Source: Octopus vulgaris (lineage: Eukaryota). From it: a stretch of DNA of 64,000 bases. A program made the position numbers and the translations under genes. This document shows positions 55,440 to 64,000 of the stretch, piece by piece (position 1 is the first letter of the stretch; the number at the start of each line of letters is the position of its first letter). Below the pieces are notes generated by a model. It saw nothing but the letters and a program-made list of their open reading frames with translations, made no database searches and was not told where the DNA came from. The DNA lies in the NCBI GenBank assembly GCA_951406725.2, contig OX597815.1:176638001-176702000 (forward strand). Direction: 5' to 3'.

Positions 55440-56416
55440 TTTTGTGTGCGTATTGTGTGCGTGTGTATATGTGTGTGAATGTATGTATGTATCTGTATCA
55501 ACTGCAAAATCATTTTGTGTGTATGAAAGTGAAAATAACATAAAGTTGACTATTGCTTTATCTCGTTACAGTCATTACACTGCCGCCATGTTGAATCGGC
55601 CCTAGTTACCTTTTTGAAACCTTATTCTATCGGTCTCATTTGCCGAAACTCTAAACGAATACACATGCAAGCTGCTTAAACCTCTCCAGTTCCTCAATGG
55701 TGTTCCACCAATGTGCTGATTACACTAGAAAGACATTCTTGAAAGGACCAGTATTTTCAGTTTTTTTAACACTTTTTCTTACCCTGCCTTAGAGGATTCG
55801 GCAGTGAATCCAATCAAATCGAATAAGAATTGAAGTTCTGTTCTATTGATACATAAACAAAACGCGTTGAAAGGCAAGTCGATTTTTTTTTCATTCTCTG
55901 GCAAAGAATTCTATTGAGCTATTTTCACGTATTTGAAAATGATTTTCTATGAAACGTTCGACAGTTGAAAGGTGATCACGCTATTTTATGCATACATTAT
56001 GGTGAAGCGACTTTACTGAACGGGCTATAAGTTTCTGTCAAAATTTTAAATGATATTTGAAATCCATCCGCTCATTCTTCATTCCACAATAGATATGAAT
56101 GTATTTGACATTTCCAGTCTCTTCCATACGATGCAATGAAAATATGATTGGTGTATTTTCTTATACAAATTATTTCAGAAATTCCCTTTTGTTTTTAATT
56201 GCTTAAGAGCTTACGTCTGTATTTGATTTTGCTTTAAAAGATAATGAAACCCATTATGGTTTTACATTCTACAATGAAACCTGATAGTTCAAAAACACGT
56301 ACTCTACATAATAGGAGAATGGATTATAATAAATGGAATAGAAACAAAAGCTAGTTTCATACTTCGCTTCTAATCTAATCGAATCTAATCTCATCTAATA
56401 TAATATATATAATATA

Positions 56417-56449
<33 letters not shown>

Positions 56450-57191
56450 TCTTGAGCATTTGCGAGAAGAGATGGAAGACCGAAAAAGAGAACAATTACA
56501 CAATCAAGCGATATTATTCGGTATAATGATTCAATCCAATGCCAAGTACGATATTGTTGAGCTTAAATAGTAAAATGTTTGCCAAGTTTAATTGGAAAGA
56601 AAATTATTCATATTTTCTATATTAGAAATATCAAATCTATTATTAAATGTAAAACGATAATTGTTTCAATTTTCTATAGCAAATTGTCTCACTACCACAT
56701 TGCTATATGCGATGTTGTTTATAAGAATAAGTGACGGTGTTATTTTCGTGAAAGTGTACATTTCCTATGGAGAGAGAAATTGAAACAATGAAACGAAATC
56801 AAAGATATCCGTAAACATCTCTCTCGCATATTTTGAATAGAAATGTGGATATTTGATACAGTGGTTATAAAATGTAGGAGAAACGTGGATCAATTAAAAT
56901 CACGGCTTTCTTTCTATTTTAAGTTTATTCTTTGGATACTGCACGATCAAAGAACATATTTTCAATAAGTAGAAATTCTGTAATTTCAATATTCCAAAAT
57001 TCAAGATACATTAAATAATAACATAATTGAAACAAACATATTCTGATGAGTAATTAAGACAAAACACGTAATTGCTACACAGAAACCAACAAAAACGCTA
57101 GAAATAGCAACCATACAAACAAAACCTACCGCCAAAAGAAACCAGGATTATTTGAATTGTGTAATAGCGGCCAGAAAAAAGGACGCTCTGT

Positions 57192-57428
<237 letters not shown>

Positions 57429-57479
57429 GCAATAAAATCTCCATAAACTAGAAATCCCTAAACATGAATTATCTCATCA

Positions 57480-58560
57480 GTATTTGAAACTGTATGTCAA
57501 TACAAGAAAACTATTATGAACCAAGAAACTAAGATCTCCTAAACACGTTTATCCCTACGAGAATTAGAAGTTCAGTGAAGGACCACCAAGAACTACGAAA
57601 GTAAAGCTACAAATGGGTCACGTTCAACAAGCATAACAAACGTATGCGTACAACATCAGCTGCCTACCTGACAGCACTATCATTTCGACATATTGGCAAT
57701 ACTATTCAATCCATCAACATCAATAGCGATAAACACCGAAACACTGTTTGAGAATTAGCACACTCACATGGGTCTTCTTTCATGCCTTGTATTTGAAACT
57801 GTATGTCAATTGCGAGTATAATATATACAAGAAAACTATTATGAACCAAGAAACTAAGATCTCCTAAACACGTTTATCCCTACGAGAATTAGAAATTCAG
57901 TGAAGGACCACCAAGAACTACGAAAGTAAAGCTGCAAATGGGTCACGTTCAACAAGCATAACAAACGTATGCGTACAACATACTTTATCACTTTCCCTTT
58001 TGCATTCTTCATTGAATATGTCCTTAGGATACTTCTGAGAATACTGGAACTTATCTGGAACTTCGTGTTCACCAAACTTACGAAACTGCTTTTAAGTTTT
58101 GGTGCCCTCATTAAACACCGCCTGGTCAAAGGATGCCGACCATAAAAGATTCCTTTAAATGACTTTAATAATGAAATGAACTTCCTGTTCCACTGCTTCA
58201 GTTTATCACTGTGACCTGAGTCTCGCACAACGATTCAGATCTCAGCTTCGCTTCATCCTCTCTCTTCTATATGTATCCTCGCTGTCGTTGGAAACCTAGG
58301 GCTATACATGGACCAAACCTTAAGTGCCCAATGAAAATTCTTACACTTTCCGATATGTAAATCTATGTCAAGCTGTTCTTGTTTGTCTCCAATTAAATCC
58401 TCAGACAAGAAAGTCGACGATTTCGTGACATTTATTCTCAGGAATTTCTTTTGTCTCATACTTGAAACATTTTCTGAATTCCTGTCTGGTGAGCAAAGAT
58501 AGATAATTGTTTATTGCCTCGGTCGTCTTCATTTTTTGTTAATGTTGTTTGTGATGTTGA
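57480..58560 (-). mobile_element. Probable decayed Gypsy-type pol (RT-RNase H) fragment with an internal ~180-bp duplication
   Basis: HIGKCKNF, HPLTRRCL, VERD..FLVVLH, VHNSFLVY loosely match the KCxF, PLT, AERxY..ELLAVV and TDHxxL motifs in order; 57480-57655 is duplicated at 57790-57981. Confidence 0.4.
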
Positions 58561-58937
58561 CATCTTCTCGTCTCTGTCACAGAATTTGCTTGCTTATATG
58601 TTAAGATTTAAAAAATATTTCTTTCTGACAATTTTAATTTTTGGTCTGTGTACGTGTTTACAGAATACTCGAAAGCAATTTAAAATTCCAGTGGAAGTGT
58701 ACACCAGAGGAAGAAACCATAATTATGTACAGACAAGCAAAATTTCAATATAAAAAAATTTTCGTGTGTCCTGCCAAGGTGAAAAGGACAGTTACGCAAA
58801 TGTTCAGAGACTGATAATCCACTGAATGTATTAATATCAAACAGATTCACTTAGAAAACAACTCACTCCAGAGTTTCAATACATATGTATATGACCATTA
58901 CTAACACATACAGTTATTAATAAAAATAAAAACAGAA

Positions 58938-59526
58938 GGCAGCGAGCTGGCAGAACCGTTAGGACGCTGAAAAAGACGCTTCGATGCATTTCGTTAGTCT
59001 TTACGTCCTGAGTTCAAATTCTGCCGAGGTTGTTTTAGCCTTTCGTAGTGGATAAAATAGGTAGCAGAAGGGGTCGATGTAAGCGATATACATCTCCCAA
59101 GAAATGCTGGCCTTGTGCCAAAATTTGAAACTAACATAATTTTTACATCAGTTTGTATTATGAATTTGACCAAACGATTTTGTTTTCTTGCTCTCATTAG
59201 AATCTGCTTTCATACTGTCTAAGTATGCATTGAAATTAACGCTAGCAACCCCTGCCCAGAACTTGTTGGCTTTGGGCCAAAATTTGAGACCAATATAAGT
59301 AAGAACGTCGATAATAACGATATGATGGTGGTGGTATTACTACTAATAATAACCCTTTCTAATATAGGCACAAAGCCAGAAACTTTGAGGGAGTGGGCTA
59401 TTTGATTTCATCGATTCCGAAAGGACGAAATTCCGACTTCGGCGGAATTTGAACTCAGAGCGTAAGGACGAAATGTAGCTAAACATTTTGCCCGGCGTGC
59501 TCACGATTGTGCTAGCTCGCTGCCTT
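58938..59526. mobile_element. SINE family A copies (58938-59131 plus; 59350-59526 minus)
   Basis: Family A head, B box and tail. Confidence 0.8.
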
Positions 59527-59527
59527 A

Positions 59528-59698
<171 letters not shown>

Positions 59699-60099
59699 GG
59701 CGCAGGAGTGGCTGTGTGGTAAGTAGCTTGTTTACGAACCACATGGTTCCGGATTCAGTCCCACTGCGTGCCATCTTGGGCAAGTGTCTTCTACTATAGA
59801 CTCGGGCCGACCAAAGCCTTGTGAGTGGATTTGGTAGACGGAAACTGGAAGAAGCCCGTCGTATATATGTATATATGTATGCGCGTGTGTGTTTGTGTGT
59901 ATGTGTTTGTCCCCCTAACATTGCTTGACAACCGATGCTGGTGTGTTTATGTCCCCATTACTTAGCGGTTTGGCAAAAGAGACCGATAGAATAAGTACTG
60001 GGCTTACAAAAGAATAAGTCCCGGGGTCGAGTTGCTCGATTAAAGCCGGTGCTCCAGCATGGCCGCAGTCAAATGATTGAAAAAGTAAAAGAGTAAAGA

Positions 60100-60100
<1 letters not shown>
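59699..60100 (+). mobile_element. Full-length SINE family B between two (AAT)n tracts
   Basis: GGCGCAGGAGTGGCTGTGTGG (A box), GGATTCAGTCCC (B box-like), CORE-like cttgggcaagtgtctt, tail gtaaaagagtaaagag. Confidence 0.9.
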
Positions 60101-60195
<95 letters not shown>

Positions 60196-60199
60196 TAAT

Positions 60200-61059
60200 A
60201 CGGAGCTCAGGGCTAAAAGCAGAGAGCGAAGGTTTCATCCTGGCTGCTCAAGATCAAAGCCTATTAACCCGGAACTACCAGGCCAATGTGATGAAAAATG
60301 GAGCAGACCCAAAATGCCGATTCTGCAACGACATGATTGAAACAGTGGACCACCTAATCTCTGGATGTAAGGTCTTAGCACCAGTGGAGTATAAATTAAG
60401 ACATGACAGAGTTGGCCAATATCTACACTGGCTAATAAGTCGGCATTACAATATCAAAACTGCCGACAAGTGGTATAATCACCACCCTGAGGCTGTAACT
60501 GAAGGAGAAAATGTAACCATTCTGTGGGACTTTCCAGTACATACAGACCGAACCATCAAGGCCAATAAACCAGATATTGTTGTGAAAGACCAAAACAATA
60601 AAGTTTGCTTATTGATCGACATGAGCATCCCTTGTGATCATAATATCTCAGCGAAAGAGTTTGACAAGCTCAGAAAATATAAAGACCTACTCATTGAAAT
60701 TGAGAAAATGTGGCATCTCAAGGTGGTTACAATACCAGTGATTGTAGGAGCACTAGGAATGATCAAGAAGGGAACCGAAAATTATATGAGAATGATCCCT
60801 GGCTTACCATCCCTGCAAGAAGTGCAAAAGATTGTCTTAACTGGTACATCACACGTATTGAGAAGAGCATTGTCGATGTGAGAACTGTTGCTGCTCATGT
60901 ATTTTAATTTAACTTAAAAAAAAAAAAAAAGTGAACGAACTATTGAGTTTGGTTTAATGGCCTACCAATGTATACTATGAGTTTCTTTGCCATAGGAGTC
61001 GGGAAGACACTCGGCAAGAAATGGAAGCAAATTTGAAAGAAGAAAAAAAAAAAAAAAAA
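60200..61059 (+). mobile_element. 5'-truncated R4/Dong-clade non-LTR retrotransposon (copy 1)
   Basis: Open frame, 3' UTR and A-rich end; flanked on both sides by (AAT)n. Confidence 0.92.
60201..60881 (+). CDS. C-terminal part of the R4/Dong ORF: CCHC zinc knuckle + PD-(D/E)xK restriction-like endonuclease
   Basis: LKAESEGFILAAQDQ; CRFC..ETVDHLISGC; RHDRV; ILWDF..TDRTIKANKPDIVV..LIDMSIP..DKLRKYKDL; PVIVGALG; no stops. Confidence 0.85.
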   Translation, partial: RSSGLKAESEGFILAAQDQSLLTRNYQANVMKNGADPKCRFCNDMIETVDHLISGCKVLAPVEYKLRHDRVGQYLHWLISRHYNIKTADKWYNHHPEAVTEGENVTILWDFPVHTDRTIKANKPDIVVKDQNNKVCLLIDMSIPCDHNISAKEFDKLRKYKDLLIEIEKMWHLKVVTIPVIVGALGMIKKGTENYMRMIPGLPSLQEVQKIVLTGTSHVLRRALSM

Positions 61060-61088
61060 TAATAATAATAATGATGATGATGATGATG

Positions 61089-61167
<79 letters not shown>

Positions 61168-61178
61168 TGATAATAATA

Positions 61179-61580
61179 ATCCTTTCTACAGGAAGCACAA
61201 GGCGTCACATTTAGGGGAAGTAATTAAATCGATTACATCGACCCCAGTGCGTAGCTGGTACTAATTTTATCGACTGCGAAAGGATAAAAATCAAAGTCGA
61301 CCTCGGTGGAATTTGAACTTAAATCGTAAAGATTGACGAAATGCGGCTAAGCATTTTCCCTGGTGTGCTAACGATTCTGTCAGCTCACCCCTTAACAACA
61401 ATAATAATAATGGTTTCAAATTTCAGGACTTTCGGTCCGGTGGGGGTGGGGTTTAAGTCGGTTATATGTACCTTACACTCAACTGGTACATATTTCATTG
61501 ATCTCGAAAGGATGAAATGTAAAATAGATTAACGACCTTTGTGGCATTCGAATTCAGAAGGTAGATGCAGACGAAATACC
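61179..61580 (-). mobile_element. Two SINE family A copies among the (AAT)n tracts
   Basis: Reverse complement of the family A core; the 3' end of the first runs into (ATT)n. Confidence 0.75.
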
Positions 61581-61596
61581 AATTCCAATACCGAGC

Positions 61597-61671
<75 letters not shown>

Positions 61672-61699
61672 GCAATAATAATAATAATAATAATAATAA

Positions 61700-62172
61700 C
61701 ATATTATAAAAGATCAGAAAAAAGGATGTGTTTATTAATTGACATGAGTATTTCCTGTGATCACAATATAGCGGCGAAAGAATTTGACAAGATTAGTAAA
61801 TATAAAGACCTGCTAATAGAAAGTGAAAAAATGTGGCATCTCAAGGCGACTACAGTACCAGTGATTGTAGGATCTCTAGGAATGATAAAGAAAGGTACTG
61901 AAACCTATTTGAAAGTAATTCCAGGCTTATCATCCTTACAGGAAGTGCAGAAAATCGTATTAACTGGAACGGCTCATGTACTGAGAAGAGCACTATCGCT
62001 GTGAAAATAACATCCATCCATGAATTTATTTATTTATTAATTTTTAAATACATATTTTATCTGTGAATTTGCATGTGTAATCTGGGAATGCATAGAATGC
62101 CCTTCTCTGCCCTAGGTGTATGGAAAACACTCGGCGAGAAACGGAGGAAAATTTGAAGAAAGAAGGAAAAAA
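61700..62172 (+). mobile_element. 5'-truncated R4/Dong LINE, divergent subfamily (copy 2)
   Basis: CLLIDMSISCDHNIAAKEFDKISKYKDLL..VLRRALSL; many silent differences from copy 1; different proximal 3' UTR; (AAT)n on both sides. Confidence 0.9.
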
Positions 62173-62173
62173 C

Positions 62174-62232
<59 letters not shown>

Positions 62233-62491
62233 CCTGGCTTACCATCCCTGCAAGAAGTGCAAAAGATTGTCTTAACTGGTACATCACACGTATTGAGAAG
62301 AGCATTGTCGATGTGAGAACTGTTGCTGCTCATGTATTTTAATTTTAATTTAAAAAAAAAAAAAAAAAAATTAACGAACTACTGAGTTTGGTATAATGGC
62401 CTACCAATATACACTATGAGTTTCTTTGCCCTAGGAGTCGGGAAGACACTCGGCAAGAAATGGAAGAAAATTTGAAAGAAGAAAAAAAAAA
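62233..62491 (+). mobile_element. Severely 5'-truncated R4/Dong LINE (copy 3, near-identical to the 3' end of copy 1)
   Basis: PGLPSLQEVQKIVLTGTSHVLRRALSM + 3' UTR + A-run; (AAT)n on both sides. Confidence 0.92.
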
Positions 62492-62521
62492 GTAATAATA
62501 ATAATAATAATAATAATAATG

Positions 62522-62572
<51 letters not shown>

Positions 62573-62576
62573 TTAA

Positions 62577-62578
<2 letters not shown>

Positions 62579-62607
<29 letters not shown>

Positions 62608-64000
62608 AAGAAGAAGAACACCGGGGACGTTTAAGAAAGAACACCGGGGACGTTTAAGAGAAGAACACCGGGGACGTTTAAGATGTGAGAACGATAAAAC
62701 AGCGCTCCGAAATCTACCCACAAACATTGAAGACAAAGACATCGTATGGAGGCAAAAATTAACTGACAAAGGATTGGACTATATCCGATGAAATAATACT
62801 CATTGCAATTTATTACTATTTTCGAAACGAAATGATGTATTTTAACTCGATATCATCTCCACCTCAAACACAACACATGTAAACATGCGTGGATATTACG
62901 ATCCATCAACACCAGATCATCTCCGACCCCCAAACACCATGTACACAAAAACTACAAAGAAATTAAATAACACCGATATTATTCAACCCAAGAATAACAA
63001 TCGGGAAGTACGTACTTTAAACTTACAACTTAAAATGTACGAAAAACTACACATGCAAAACAATGTGACAACAGAAATGAACGGACCGGTACCCTACGAA
63101 AATGACGAGCATCAAAATAAAGGGCCGGACGTTGTTCCTCATGTTCCGCAAATAAAACCCAAAAGACATAAATGGACACGTGAGGAATACATTTCTATCC
63201 TACACGCTTACTACACAGCAGTGCTCTACCCAAAGAATGAAAACACAACAACACAAACATATAAAATATGGAAGGAAAATAACATAAATATAGACTTGGA
63301 TACAGCAATGAACACTAATAAACTAGCTAACGTACGAAGATACGTTCTCAACGCAAAAAAAAAAATATCAGAAATAGAAATAGAACATTTAAAAGAAAAA
63401 ATACATCAGGAAAACGTAGATAGAAGCCACACAACAATGCCCAATAATATAAACACTGAAACAGCAAAACACGAAGACAAACGTAACATTTCCAACAAAA
63501 ACGATGTAAACAAAAAACAACAAACCCAGACCGTAAGGATGCATAATAATACACGACAAACAGCAAGCCAAAACACGACAAACAAACATACAAATGAGAA
63601 AGAAAGCGACACAAATCTAAAACCTGGAAACAACGAAGAGGAGCCTAATGATTATGATACTATAAAAAGTAGAATAATCAAAGAACTGAAAACCACAGAG
63701 CTCAATATGGACCACCGAGCATACCTCCCAAAAATCAAAATAGACAAAACAACAACACCAATTATAAACAGCATAAACCTAGCCGTCACGGAACTAATAG
63801 CCACTGAAAGAAAAAGTGATATCACTAAGCTAAATGATTTAGTATACGCAGCAGCCACTGCAGCCACAAAAGAAGCTGGATACTCACTCAAACCCATCCA
63901 AACAGGAGTACCACCACCCGAACAAACCCTGTGGATAAATAACATCCAAAACAAAATACAAAAAATGAGAAAAGATCTGTCGATTCTTAATGAAATCAGT
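62579..64000 (+). mobile_element. 5' portion of an apparently full-length R4/Dong LINE (copy 4), continuing beyond the window
   Basis: Follows (AAT)n; (GAA)n, 3 x AGAACACCGGGGACGTTTAAG, leader, then a long ORF. Confidence 0.8.
62885..64000 (+). CDS. N-terminal part of an R4/Dong-type polyprotein, 372 codons, open to the window end
   Basis: Manual translation with no stop: MRGYYD..RHKWTREEYISILHAYY..KLANVRRYVL..ISEIEIEHLK..LNDLVYAAA..WINNIQNKIQKMRKDLSILNE; matches the R4-clade N-terminal KWT..YY, LANxRR, VYAAA and LRKDLS motifs. Confidence 0.8.
   Translation, partial: MRGYYDPSTPDHLRPPNTMYTKTTKKLNNTDIIQPKNNNREVRTLNLQLKMYEKLHMQNNVTTEMNGPVPYENDEHQNKGPDVVPHVPQIKPKRHKWTREEYISILHAYYTAVLYPKNENTTTQTYKIWKENNINIDLDTAMNTNKLANVRRYVLNAKKKISEIEIEHLKEKIHQENVDRSHTTMPNNINTETAKHEDKRNISNKNDVNKKQQTQTVRMHNNTRQTASQNTTNKHTNEKESDTNLKPGNNEEEPNDYDTIKSRIIKELKTTELNMDHRAYLPKIKIDKTTTPIINSINLAVTELIATERKSDITKLNDLVYAAATAATKEAGYSLKPIQTGVPPPEQTLWINNIQNKIQKMRKDLSILNEIS

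Noticed and set aside
62615-62683. Three 21-bp direct repeats as a mini-CRISPR
   Set aside because: Only 2-3 nt between units; they lie at a LINE 5' end
63348-63954. Hydrophobic minus-strand ORFs
   Set aside because: Antisense shadows of the A-rich plus-strand LINE ORF

Overview
AT-rich, microsatellite-dense eukaryotic (animal) non-coding DNA. The SINE repertoire and simple-repeat load resemble an octopus/cephalopod genome (inference from recalled repeat families, not verified). I found no host protein-coding gene I can support: nearly all listed ORFs are translations of simple repeats or SINEs. The window is a transposon graveyard. It holds three tRNA-derived SINE families (A, Nin-domain-like; B and C, CORE-like), fossils of RTE, CR1, L1/Tx1, Penelope-like and probably Gypsy retroelements, a decayed hAT-Charlie transposase, a complete decayed Chapaev3 transposon (TTA TSD) and two non-autonomous Helitrons. 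The most striking structure is at 59.3-64 kb: four R4/Dong-clade restriction-like-endonuclease LINE insertions sit head-to-tail in (TAA)n tracts. The last begins a 372-codon uninterrupted ORF that runs off the window and is absent from the ORF track. Coordinates of decayed elements are approximate, and protein-family calls come from motif recognition by eye.
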